From IMG/VR virus record IMGVR_UViG_3300022871_000020, positions 1 through 62,417 of that record: a DNA stretch of 62,417 nucleotides. One strand, written 5' to 3'. This document shows, one piece after another, positions 1 to 9,178 of this stretch. Each line of letters opens with the position of its first letter. The stretch's first letter is position 1. Source of the stretch: a virus. Lineage: Duplodnaviria; Caudoviricetes. Below the pieces are notes generated by a model. That model saw nothing but the letters and a program-made list of their open reading frames with translations, was not told the origin of the DNA and searched no databases. A program made the position numbers and the translations under genes.

Positions 1-450
1 TTTACGTCTGTTGTACGCTAGACACTTCTTATACCCAGGAGTATAATATTTACGGTCTTCATGTCTCTGTACATGATTTCTAACATGTCTCCTGTATTGT
101 TTGAAGTTTACCATTGTACTTACATCTGTGTAACTATATTCAGAAATATCCTGGAAACTTAGACTATCGCTGAACGCAATTACATGAGCGTCGTTAGCAT
201 GTGTTTTCTCCATATTAAATTGTCGTCTAGCTACTTTAGTAATATAACCAAAAGTATCTTGAATATAAATGTCTGGAGTAGATTCAAACATATTGAACAT
301 ATACTTCATACAACTATTCAATACTCCAGATGCTCTAAGTGTTTTACTTGTGCCAACTTTCGGACACTTAGATTTCCCTTTGTGAATCTTATCATGACAA
401 GGTTTACAAAGTAATAGTAGATTGTCTGGACTATCTGAGCCTCCTCGACT
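1..450 (-). pseudogene. iscB: IscB C-terminal fragment (second half of HNH plus RuvC-III)
   Basis: Manual translation 450->1: SRGGSDSPDNLLLLCKPCHDKIH...TFGYITKVARRQFNMEKTHANDAHVIA...YRRHVRNH. In-frame TAA at 456-454; PLMP, RuvC-I, bridge helix and RuvC-II are absent. Confidence 0.85.
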
Positions 451-645
451 TAATTAAGAGTAATACTGATTTTCGTTACCTACTGGTCAGCAATGAGGAC
501 TTCAATAATATAAATATTATCGGTACCTCCAGAGTCACGGACTGGGAGTGGCATCCGTAAGTGAACTCTTAATTAGATCCTGATTGACTAATTACTTAGC
601 TACTCGTGTCTGTTCAAGCCCCAGAGGTTTCCTGGGGTGCTTGAC
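443..645 (-). ncRNA. omegaRNA / HEARO-like scaffold
   Basis: GTCAA-CACCCC..GGGGCTTG first hairpin, GGATGCCACTCCCAGTCC-GTGACTCTG motif and terminal GTCGAGGAG; GC-richer than background; abuts the IscB frame. Confidence 0.75.
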
Positions 646-653
646 AAATTCTC

Positions 654-1403
654 CTATTTAATATTTAGAGTAATATGTTCTCTGGGAGAATATCTAAATC
701 CATGTTTCAAACAGAATTCAATTGATTGTTTAGCACTATCATTAAATGCATCAAGAAAATTTCTTGGGTGATCAAAATTATTTTGATTTGGAGTAAATGG
801 CATGACACATACTTTTTCTTTTGGAATATTATTCATTATTATAAATGAAAGAATTATATTATCACAATTATTCAAATAGTCTCCATATACAAATTTAACT
901 GTATAATTATTAAATTTTTCGAATTTCATTATTAAGAACTGATCTTTATATATTGAATAAATTTCTTCGATGGATTCAATATTTTCGAGGGATTCAATAT
1001 TTTTATGTGCATCTACATTGAATTTAGGGCTAATATTTAATTGAATTTCATCTAAATCACATTTATTTCGCATATTCCAAAACAAACTACCAAGTGACGT
1101 TCCATTGGTTTCAATCTCAAAATTCATGTTTGATTGAGTTGCAAGAATATCAGTAACCATTTTAATATTTTCATCATATATTGGTTCCCCACCAGTGATT
1201 AATAAAGTGTCTATGTTGGGATATTTATTTCTTAGATCGTTAATTTGATTGGATATTACTTCGTATGATGTTTTCTCTTTCGATAGTGATGCACACTTAG
1301 TATCACAAAATCCACAACACAAATTACATCCATCAAATCGAACTAGTATAACAGGTTTACCAACATTAATTCCTTCACCCTGTATAGTTTGAATGAATTC
1401 CAT
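654..1403 (-). CDS. queE: 7-carboxy-7-deazaguanine synthase (radical SAM)
   Basis: TIQGEG..GKP..VRFDGCNLCCGFCDT (CxxxCxxC), ITGGEP, IETNGT, ISPK, R.SPREH. Confidence 0.9.
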   Translation of the reverse strand: MEFIQTIQGEGINVGKPVILVRFDGCNLCCGFCDTKCASLSKEKTSYEVISNQINDLRNKYPNIDTLLITGGEPIYDENIKMVTDILATQSNMNFEIETNGTSLGSLFWNMRNKCDLDEIQLNISPKFNVDAHKNIESLENIESIEEIYSIYKDQFLIMKFEKFNNYTVKFVYGDYLNNCDNIILSFIIMNNIPKEKVCVMPFTPNQNNFDHPRNFLDAFNDSAKQSIEFCLKHGFRYSPREHITLNIK

Positions 1404-1428
1404 TATTAATTTTCCTTTTTAGTATTTA

Positions 1429-1696
1429 TTATCTATTTTTAATCTGTTGTTTTTCATATCCGGGTACAGGGACAAATCGTCTATCGACAACATAAATATT
1501 TACATATTTACCTTTAGTCTTTAATGCAAATTTTTTAGCAAGTCCCCCATGCAATTTTTTCGTTTTCTATAAGTTCTTCGTTGTCGTCAGGAAAATAACC
1601 TGGATATAAAAGTCCTTCTTTTGAAATTTCAAAATGAACTCTAAATCCTGGAGTATCAATATTGTTTATGATTTTCATCGCTTCATTGAGTTTCAT
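1429..1696 (-). pseudogene. Small hypothetical gene with an apparent +1 frameshift in a G5 run
   Basis: RBS+ATG at 1696 (MKLNEAMKIINNIDTPGFRVHF). Removing one G from the run at 1544-1548 gives an 88-aa ORF ending at 1429 (268 nt = 89 codons + 1). Confidence 0.5.
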
Positions 1697-1766
1697 GATT
1701 ACCTTCTTTAATTATTGTTTCTATCAGTGTATAATATTTTTGAATAAATTCCATTATTTTTCTCCG

Positions 1767-3122
1767 TTAATCGTCAAGATCCATTGGAAAGTTAATATGT
1801 TTAATAAACACTTCAATTCCTTTATCAATACGTTCAAGCGACGCTCCATCGGTATAAGCAATATGAAAATTACTTAACCAATAAAAATTACTCATTATCT
1901 GTGTTTCCATATTTTTAAACACTACTGGATATCGTTTTCTGCCTTTATCAAGTATTGGTAGTAATTTATTTTTTAATTGGTTATAATTTGGATATTTTAT
2001 AAATAGTTCGACTAAGTTTTCATCTTCAATGAATTTTAACATTAATTGATCTATTATATGACTAAAAATAATATACGTTGTACTCAACACTATAGTATCT
2101 GTAATTTGTTTTCCATTCTTAAGATTGTAATATTCTTTAATTATACTTTCGCAAATATTTGGATTCGGAATATATACATGTAATAATCGTTCAATATCTT
2201 TGTCTGTCTTAGCTCCAAATTGATCCCTGAATAATTGAACCAGTGGAAAATCTCTGATTTTAAATAAACCACTAATCGTGTAATTAATTGTATCGAAGGT
2301 AATGTCAATAGACTTCTTACTATCTTTCAAATAATATTTGTTGATTAATATATCCATGAATTGTAAACAGAATCTATCATGTTTTCCGTATACTCCAAGA
2401 ATATGTATGATAGAGTTGTCATCAGCTTGATCTTGTTCAACTAGTTTTATGAGTCGATATACTGGAGCAATGAATGGAGAAAACTTAATTCCAGTTATCC
2501 CTCTAAGACTAACCAGCCCACCAATCGCATGATGTTTAACTTTTTTGTCCTCGGCAAATAGTTCACCATACATCTCCCGCCAAATATCAAATTGTTTCTT
2601 CAATTTAAAGTGCCAAACAAATATGAATTTTTCATATAATTCAGGTTGTTTTTCAAGAATTTCTTTAGTTTTAATACATGATTTAAAATTATTACTTTTA
2701 ATTGTTTTAACATTATTGAACGTTGGATATTTTAAGAATATTGGAATATCAAGTGACATAATATAATCATACACATCTTGATGGTGTTCCATAAAATAAC
2801 AATAACATTCCATAAACTTTGTTATATCTCTGGGATTAATTTGTCCTTGAATAATACTAAATCCACCAGAATCAATTATTAGTTTTTCACCATCTTCAGG
2901 ATACAATCCATTATAATATTTTTCAATCTTTTTTGACAGTTTATCTAAGGAATCATATCCAAACTCAGTATTAGAGAATCCATTATACAAAGAATATAAA
3001 TATCGTTTTACATATGGTCTTAATATTTGTTTATTCCACCCACGTTCAAGAACATTACTTGTTGTATGAACATATCTGTATGTCACACGTAATTCTCCTT
3101 TTTTAAGAATATTTATTTTCAA
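1767..3122 (-). CDS. dpdA: DpdA/TGT-like deazaguanine DNA transglycosylase
   Basis: TGT-fold motifs IIDSGGFS, MSLDIP, AIGGLV, IHILG, TFD; next to queE. Confidence 0.7.
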   Translation of the reverse strand: MKINILKKGELRVTYRYVHTTSNVLERGWNKQILRPYVKRYLYSLYNGFSNTEFGYDSLDKLSKKIEKYYNGLYPEDGEKLIIDSGGFSIIQGQINPRDITKFMECYCYFMEHHQDVYDYIMSLDIPIFLKYPTFNNVKTIKSNNFKSCIKTKEILEKQPELYEKFIFVWHFKLKKQFDIWREMYGELFAEDKKVKHHAIGGLVSLRGITGIKFSPFIAPVYRLIKLVEQDQADDNSIIHILGVYGKHDRFCLQFMDILINKYYLKDSKKSIDITFDTINYTISGLFKIRDFPLVQLFRDQFGAKTDKDIERLLHVYIPNPNICESIIKEYYNLKNGKQITDTIVLSTTYIIFSHIIDQLMLKFIEDENLVELFIKYPNYNQLKNKLLPILDKGRKRYPVVFKNMETQIMSNFYWLSNFHIAYTDGASLERIDKGIEVFIKHINFPMDLDD

Positions 3123-3155
3123 TTGTTGAAATTTGCCGAGGCCAAAAATAATTAT

Positions 3156-3716
3156 TTACTCAAACAATTTGTTGATATTAATTAAACTATTTCTACTAAG
3201 ATTTCGACTACCAATACAAGTAATACTAGATGGAAATTTACTAAATTCTGGAAGACGATTTAATTTTTGAAACCCAAATCCATGTAAAGAATAATACCAT
3301 ACATCGTCAACTAAATTATATACTAACATAGGAATATTCAGTAACTGACCATACTTAATAGCGTATCCAGTCCCACCATCAACAACACACATTGAACGAT
3401 CAGTAATAGGGCCTATAGCTATAACTAATAAAGAATCTTTAATTTGAAAAATATTTCTCAACAATAATTTTTTTATATAATCTTTAGAAGGGAGTTTTCT
3501 ATTTAAACTTCCACAAATAGTTTTTAATGTATTGTTCCATGAATATAACTCATCATCTGAATGAATATACTGACGACCAGTTGTTGAATATAATTTATGA
3601 CCAGTGAATGAATGATGAATAATATCTATATGGGGAAACGTACAATTAATTAAGTGGGAAAACAAAGTGTCTGCACCTTTGGCTCCACCAGAGTGAGCAA
3701 CTTTAACAGGCTGCAA
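3156..3716 (-). CDS. SLOG (DprA/YspA-like) nucleotide-binding protein
   Basis: HSGGAKGAD, LLRN..Q, GGTGYA, IGSR. Confidence 0.6.
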   Translation of the reverse strand: MQPVKVAHSGGAKGADTLFSHLINCTFPHIDIIHHSFTGHKLYSTTGRQYIHSDDELYSWNNTLKTICGSLNRKLPSKDYIKKLLLRNIFQIKDSLLVIAIGPITDRSMCVVDGGTGYAIKYGQLLNIPMLVYNLVDDVWYYSLHGFGFQKLNRLPEFSKFPSSITCIGSRNLSRNSLININKLFE

Positions 3717-3875
3717 TTTCGTTCTCTTCTAATAGACAATATTCAGTTTGACACATCAGACAGTAAATATCAACTATATCTAGTGGATGATCATCAAAGA
3801 GTATTACTTTTCCACAATGATGACAGATTAGTTTGTATTGACTAATAATATCAAAATCTTGAATCGATATTCTGA

Positions 3876-4247
3876 TCATGAAGTCTCCTTATGTTTAGTA
3901 CATTCACAAATTTCTTTAACTCCATTTAAATCAACACCAATGTCAATAAAATCATTATTACTTTCAATATCCTCAATTATTGTATTTATTGTATTTGACA
4001 CTCCATATAAATCAATGTTTTTGACTATGTTTATATCAGGATTCATATGAAGTGTTTTACATTTAAACACAATATTTCTATCGGAATTCAATATAATGTT
4101 CTGATTTGATTTTACGAGTATGTTTTTATTTAATTTGATTGTAACTAAATCATTAGTAATATCAATATCTTCAACACAATCTAATATAGTATTAATTTTT
4201 CTTTTTGTAATGAATTTATTTTTAAATTTTTGAATTAATTTAAACAA
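3876..4247 (-). CDS. hypothetical protein
   Basis: ORF abutting the PAAR gene. Confidence 0.6.
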   Translation of the reverse strand: MFKLIQKFKNKFITKRKINTILDCVEDIDITNDLVTIKLNKNILVKSNQNIILNSDRNIVFKCKTLHMNPDINIVKNIDLYGVSNTINTIIEDIESNNDFIDIGVDLNGVKEICECTKHKETS

Positions 4248-4529
4248 CTATCCTCCAATTTTAACATCTGGTGAATGTTCATCTGCTAAACTTCCACAAT
4301 TAACCGGATCTCCTTGTCGTCCAGCAGGAAGACCATTAACAAATACAGTTCCAGATCCTCCAACTAAAATTCCTGGATGGTTACAATGGGGCACATAACA
4401 ATCACTTAACCTCATTTGATTTAACCCATTAGTAAATACATTTGGAGAACCAGAACACGATGGTCTAGGAGGACATCCTGGATGACCAGTACAATTGTCT
4501 GTTAATCTTGTTGCCCAAGGGCATCCCAT
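4248..4529 (-). CDS. PAAR-repeat baseplate spike tip (T4 gp5.4-like)
   Basis: GSPNVFTNG, GSGTVFVNGLPAGRQGDPVNCGS; His/Cys ligands. Confidence 0.9.
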   Translation of the reverse strand: MGCPWATRLTDNCTGHPGCPPRPSCSGSPNVFTNGLNQMRLSDCYVPHCNHPGILVGGSGTVFVNGLPAGRQGDPVNCGSLADEHSPDVKIGG

Positions 4530-4550
4530 TTAATAACTCTCCCTGTAAGT

Positions 4551-4865
4551 TTACAAAATTGGATCAGTTGGTGATATGACTTCACTAAGAAAATCTGCCC
4601 ATAATACTTTCTTTTCAGGAAACCCCCATTCGGGATTATTTTCAATTGCAATAAGTAGAGGAGGTTTTCCTTCACCGTCAATCATAAAATCTGTACCATA
4701 TATTTCTCCGTTATTATCCATATCTGCATTACCTAAAAATTCAGACATTAAAATCTGTGCAGCAGTTGCAGGTGTAGGGAGCATAGTACATTTTTCATCG
4801 GGTATACTCCAAAAACTACAATCTACTGTGGTACATGGTCCGCCCACTGTTGGACAATCAGCCAT
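4551..4865 (-). CDS. hypothetical acidic Cys-containing protein, possibly virion
   Basis: RBS AAGGAG; adjacent to PAAR. Confidence 0.6.
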   Translation of the reverse strand: MADCPTVGGPCTTVDCSFWSIPDEKCTMLPTPATAAQILMSEFLGNADMDNNGEIYGTDFMIDGEGKPPLLIAIENNPEWGFPEKKVLWADFLSEVISPTDPIL

Positions 4866-4890
4866 TTTTTAAACTCCTTTCTGAATACGT

Positions 4891-5442
4891 TTAACTAACA
4901 CTTCGAGCAAATTCTTTAGCCATTCGTTCTGCTTCAACTTCAGTTTTAATTGTCCACACTTCTTTTTTCCAATTACCACAAGTATCTAGAGTGATTTTTT
5001 TACCAATCTTAAAACCAGCGACAGCACGATGTGACCATCCATAAACTTCACCACTTGGTGATCGACCCCAACTACAATCGTCGTGTTTGGAATATAGTTT
5101 AGGAGATTTTTTTAACATCAACCAATCTTGAAAACGTACTTTAGGTTTCTTGTCAGCATACACTGGAAGATTTTTTAAAGTTCGGTCTTCTGGTTTAATA
5201 TTAGTTACTTCATAATTTTTTACATTATGTTTTTTGAGTCTGCCCGTTTTTATATTTATTTTTTTGACTTTGGATTTATTCTTTTGCGGTACCGCATACT
5301 CATCTTCTTCGAGTTTAATGTTCGGTCGTTGAACATCTTTGTCCATTAACTTATTCTTCTTAGCCCATCTGACTAAATCCGGAACGATAGTAAACTTCTT
5401 ATCAGGAAGTTTAACGTTTTTAAATAATTCATTTGAAATCAT
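4891..5442 (-). CDS. hypothetical phage protein
   Basis: 183-aa ORF with YGWSHRA...AKEFARSVS C-terminus. Confidence 0.65.
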   Translation of the reverse strand: MISNELFKNVKLPDKKFTIVPDLVRWAKKNKLMDKDVQRPNIKLEEDEYAVPQKNKSKVKKINIKTGRLKKHNVKNYEVTNIKPEDRTLKNLPVYADKKPKVRFQDWLMLKKSPKLYSKHDDCSWGRSPSGEVYGWSHRAVAGFKIGKKITLDTCGNWKKEVWTIKTEVEAERMAKEFARSVS

Positions 5443-5459
5443 AAAAAATCTCCAGGTAG

Positions 5460-6068
5460 TTATTTCTCTTTCTCTTCCTTAGTCCAGTTTTTCTCAAGAA
5501 TATTAAAAAACTTTTTCTTATCATCTTTAGATAATTCAATAATAGATTCAACTTTAAATCTTTTAAGAGTATCATCAAACAATTTTTGATATTCGTCTTG
5601 ATTTTCAAATATACGCACACTATCGAAATCAAAAGTTTCAAATAACTCATCGTAAGTAAATTCTACTCCATCTTCTTGTCCTTCTTTAAGAATTATTTTT
5701 AACTCTTCCTTGCATCCATGTTTCTCATATAACGATTTAGCTTTGTGTTCAACTTCTGGATACTTATGTTGTTTGCTTCTGATTATAGCAGCTTGTATTA
5801 ATCTACAATCAAAATCTTTTGTAAAAGGATTAACTACAGGAAATTTTAATTCTTTGGGCATCAAAAATGCTTTTTCACCAATTTCTTCAAATAACTTCTG
5901 TCGATTTTCTTTCTTCTGAAAATATTGTCGAACAGTAATTGGTATTGTAGTCACTACAACTTCAGCTAGTGCATTATAGAAAAAAATGTCTCCTAGTTCC
6001 TGACCTTCTGTGTCAAAAATTAAGTCTTGCATAATATTGTCCTTATTTTTTAAAGAATATAAAATCAA
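5460..6068 (-). CDS. hypothetical protein, possibly virion; start probably at MQDLIF
   Basis: C-terminal LKRFKVESIIELSKDDKKKFFNILEKNW resembles a motif of T4-like head-associated proteins (recollection). Confidence 0.55.
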   Translation of the reverse strand: MILYSLKNKDNIMQDLIFDTEGQELGDIFFYNALAEVVVTTIPITVRQYFQKKENRQKLFEEIGEKAFLMPKELKFPVVNPFTKDFDCRLIQAAIIRSKQHKYPEVEHKAKSLYEKHGCKEELKIILKEGQEDGVEFTYDELFETFDFDSVRIFENQDEYQKLFDDTLKRFKVESIIELSKDDKKKFFNILEKNWTKEEKEK

Positions 6069-6114
6069 CTAATTACACTATTTCTCTAGTATAATTAGTT
6101 GATTATGTTAATGT

Positions 6115-6906
6115 TTAGAATGGAATGTCATCATCTGGCGGAGGAGCTTGATTAGTCGGCTGCTGTGGAACTCCCATCGCATTACCTACAGAATTACCCT
6201 GAGGCTGTTGTTGATATCCCCCCTGCTGTGGCTGTCCACCACCTTGCTGCTGATACCCTTGATTCTGAGGCTGTTGCTGTTGCTGCTGGTATCCTTGATT
6301 TTGTCCCCCACCCTGGTTCTGTGGTTTATAACTATTATTAGTGTTCTGAACTGTACCTACCGAGTTTTTCTTATCTTTGAATTCTAATTCAAAACCTTTC
6401 ATTGCAATAAAATCAAATATATCCGCCATTGCAATTGCTTCTGGTCTAGACATAAAAATACCAATAGGATTCCCACTAGTTTTTAGTGAAATTACAACTT
6501 TATTTTGAGCTTTTTGATTTGATCCTTCTTTAGCTTGTTGTAAAAAATCACTAACGAAACAAGATTTAAATCCTCCACCCGACCCGCCAAAACTCGATTT
6601 ACTACTATCAGAAAAGATAGCGAATTGACCAAATGTTTCACCCTGTCCACGAGCAAACGCTTTTAGACTATTACTAATAGCAAGAACTTTTTCTAGATCG
6701 GCTTTAATTGTGATTCGCCCTTCTTTTTGAAAAGTGCGACCGCCACTATCTGTTTTTGCTCCAGGAGTAACAGATACGAAACAAAAATATCTTGGTTTAT
6801 AAAATGGAAGATCTGGTGCTGCGTCTTTGACCAATGAAATTCCAAATAGATTATTCGCTGGAAAAGATCTGTCAAAAATATTTTGAAGTGAAGATTGTCC
6901 TGCCAT
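6115..6906 (-). CDS. putative ssDNA-binding protein with Q/G-rich linker and SSB-type acidic tip
   Basis: Disordered QQG-rich tail ending DDDIPF. Confidence 0.6.
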   Translation of the reverse strand: MAGQSSLQNIFDRSFPANNLFGISLVKDAAPDLPFYKPRYFCFVSVTPGAKTDSGGRTFQKEGRITIKADLEKVLAISNSLKAFARGQGETFGQFAIFSDSSKSSFGGSGGGFKSCFVSDFLQQAKEGSNQKAQNKVVISLKTSGNPIGIFMSRPEAIAMADIFDFIAMKGFELEFKDKKNSVGTVQNTNNSYKPQNQGGGQNQGYQQQQQQPQNQGYQQQGGGQPQQGGYQQQPQGNSVGNAMGVPQQPTNQAPPPDDDIPF

Positions 6907-6926
6907 GTTGTTAATTCCTTTTTTAT

Positions 6927-7688
6927 TTAAACGATTTCAAGAAAATGATCTGGTACAATGTTTTCCATTTTCTCATTTGCTTCCATAATTAGTTTTTCTG
7001 AATCTTGTTCTAGTTTACTCCAATTGATTCTAATTTCACCCATTGGAGATGCTAATGTTTCGTATTTAGATCTAATTGCTGAAATCCATTTCAATACATA
7101 TCCGAGTGAAAGTGGTTTAAATATTATATTGTAAAAATCAGGACTAATTGTATTTAAGTCTTCATGGTTTGTACAATATACAACAACTGCTGTGTTTACT
7201 TCTCCATCTACTCGAATAGTTTTAGGTGGAGTAAATTCCCAAGTAATCTGTTTACCAAGTGAATTTAACATATTGAGAAATTCATTATTAACAACAGTAT
7301 CTATCATTCCTCCACCATAAACTCCAGTAGACCCTCCACCATAATTTGATAAGCTACTACTGGTATTCCCATTGCTGTATTTTGTATTATAAAATGGATC
7401 GTCAGTTGCTCCAGTGTCAATGTACACAGCATCAATATCAATCACATATTCATTTATAGTAATAGGTAATTCATATTTCCATTGATTGTCTCCACTGTTT
7501 GTTGTAAAAGGCATCAAACAATCACCATTTATAATACAGTATTTCTTGAATGATGAATATTGAGAAAATAGGGGAAGTACGTCTTCAGTGATTCCTTCTA
7601 TAATTTCATCATCGTCCATCTCAAGTAAATTTAATTTAGCTCCTGTATTTCTTTTAATATAGTTTAATAAATTCGTCCATGTTTGCAT
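6927..7688 (-). CDS. neck / head-completion protein (T4 gp13-like)
   Basis: LLNYIKRNTGA..LEMDDDEI N-terminus; SKYETL.SPMGEIRINW C-terminus. Confidence 0.55.
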   Translation of the reverse strand: MQTWTNLLNYIKRNTGAKLNLLEMDDDEIIEGITEDVLPLFSQYSSFKKYCIINGDCLMPFTTNSGDNQWKYELPITINEYVIDIDAVYIDTGATDDPFYNTKYSNGNTSSSLSNYGGGSTGVYGGGMIDTVVNNEFLNMLNSLGKQITWEFTPPKTIRVDGEVNTAVVVYCTNHEDLNTISPDFYNIIFKPLSLGYVLKWISAIRSKYETLASPMGEIRINWSKLEQDSEKLIMEANEKMENIVPDHFLEIV

Positions 7689-7707
7689 AATAAATAATAC
7701 TCCAAGT

Positions 7708-8091
7708 CTAATCTAACCCATTTAATAAATCATCGACTATATCCTCATACAATTTATTGGTTTTTCCTTTTTTCACTTCAGGACAGTTCTCAATATGATC
7801 GATCAAATCATTTTTTGAAGTAGCTAAAAAACTAGTGAATTGATCTTCCATTAATTTTTTAAATTCATTATTGTCCGATTTAACTGGAACTAGATGTAAA
7901 TCAAATCCTAGCCCATTAACCATTCTAGTTAACGGATTAAGTCCTAAATCGACATCTTCAAGAAATTTATTAAACTGTGGAGAAAAAGATTTTCCAAGTG
8001 TAACTTCTGCCATTGGAAATTTTTTAAATCCACTTTCAATTAATTCATTAAACATCAGCCTAAGTACGGTATTCACTTCGTTGATGAGCAT
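7708..8091 (-). CDS. hypothetical, possibly XRE-HTH-like DNA-binding protein
   Basis: PLTRMVNGLGFDLHLVP resembles the XRE C-terminal helix/strand. Confidence 0.4.
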   Translation of the reverse strand: MLINEVNTVLRLMFNELIESGFKKFPMAEVTLGKSFSPQFNKFLEDVDLGLNPLTRMVNGLGFDLHLVPVKSDNNEFKKLMEDQFTSFLATSKNDLIDHIENCPEVKKGKTNKLYEDIVDDLLNGLD

Positions 8092-9072
8092 TTACATCTC
8101 CCTTTTTGTAATTTTAATCCGTTTTAGTTGTTCTTCAAATGATATCATTTTAATATTTTCAACAATTGTTGTTATATTGGTTTTGATGATATCTGGCATA
8201 TTTTGTAATTCGTTCTTTAATATTAACGGATCAATAGGAATATTATAATTCAATATTAAGTCTATTGCTTTTTTAGGACCTACATTTTTAATACCATTGA
8301 TTCCATCTGCCTTATCCCCAGCCAATGCTAATATCAATACTATGTGTTTTGATGTCAATGCTCCTCTTTTAAATTTTTTATATATATACTCAATAGCTGA
8401 ATTATTGTCCCAACAATCGATTGCTAATCGTTTGTTCCCTGTTTGACTAGGCATAAATCGATTAGTGAATTGTATTGTGTTTGTAAATTGACAACATTGC
8501 AATAAGTCTTTATCATTAGATATAACAACATTCAACGTGTGTTCTTCTCCACTTTCATAAAAGTTATTCTTAATTACATAATATGGAATCAAGTCACTTT
8601 CATATTCATGAAGATTATATACAACACCATGTCCTTTTATACTGCATTTCTGTTCAATTTCTTCCCAATATCTTTTCTTTAATTGTTTAAACAAGTATAA
8701 GTCTTCATCTTTATCAATGATATCAGCTAAACTTGATCGTCCACTCTTATACGAACTTTGGATAGATAAGTTTTGACTATTTTGTCCATCATCAAAAAAA
8801 GTTACAAATTTGGGATTGAATCCCCTAAATCTTTTATGAAGAAGATTTAGATAATCTCGGTATTCATTAACTAACTGGTCACTTGGACGTTTATTTTCAA
8901 TATAATAGTTTATTTCATTAAATACATTGTTCTTATTATACAACCCTTTACATACCGATGCTAAATCAATATAAAAAATAATATTTGTTTTGTGTAGAGT
9001 ATTTAATATGTTTTTAACTAATTCATACGTTATACTTGATTTAACATAAATATTTCTATTAGCATTATGCAC
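8092..9072 (-). CDS. 5'-3' exonuclease / flap endonuclease (T4 RNase H-like)
   Basis: FFDDG, YKSGR, YESD, SNDKDLLQ, LAGDKADGINGIKNVGPKKA (H3TH). Confidence 0.9.
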   Translation of the reverse strand: MHNANRNIYVKSSITYELVKNILNTLHKTNIIFYIDLASVCKGLYNKNNVFNEINYYIENKRPSDQLVNEYRDYLNLLHKRFRGFNPKFVTFFDDGQNSQNLSIQSSYKSGRSSLADIIDKDEDLYLFKQLKKRYWEEIEQKCSIKGHGVVYNLHEYESDLIPYYVIKNNFYESGEEHTLNVVISNDKDLLQCCQFTNTIQFTNRFMPSQTGNKRLAIDCWDNNSAIEYIYKKFKRGALTSKHIVLILALAGDKADGINGIKNVGPKKAIDLILNYNIPIDPLILKNELQNMPDIIKTNITTIVENIKMISFEEQLKRIKITKREM

Positions 9073-9145
9073 ATGATTTCTCCAGTCAAGATTTATAAAA
9101 AGAAATTAAAAAATTATTAAAAAATAATTTGTATATATTTTAATA

Positions 9146-9167
9146 ATTTATATATGAAAACTGACAA
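9146..9167 (-). promoter_or_regulatory. candidate phage promoter TTGTCA-N7-TATATAAAT
   Basis: Same motif and spacing at 48886-48907 and 60156-60177; variants at 33404-33425 and 41342-41363. Confidence 0.55.
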
Positions 9168-9178
9168 TATTAAAAATC

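Larger units (their letters stand above)
1..645 (-). mobile_element. IS200/IS605-family IscB (OMEGA) element, internally deleted, running off the left edge
   Basis: Starts at 645 on the minus strand with GTCAAGCACCCCAGG..CTGGGGCTTG (typical IscB element end and omegaRNA start), followed by an IscB C-terminal reading frame. Confidence 0.8.

Noticed and set aside
184-414. 76-aa plus-strand ORF
   Set aside because: Antisense to the IscB frame
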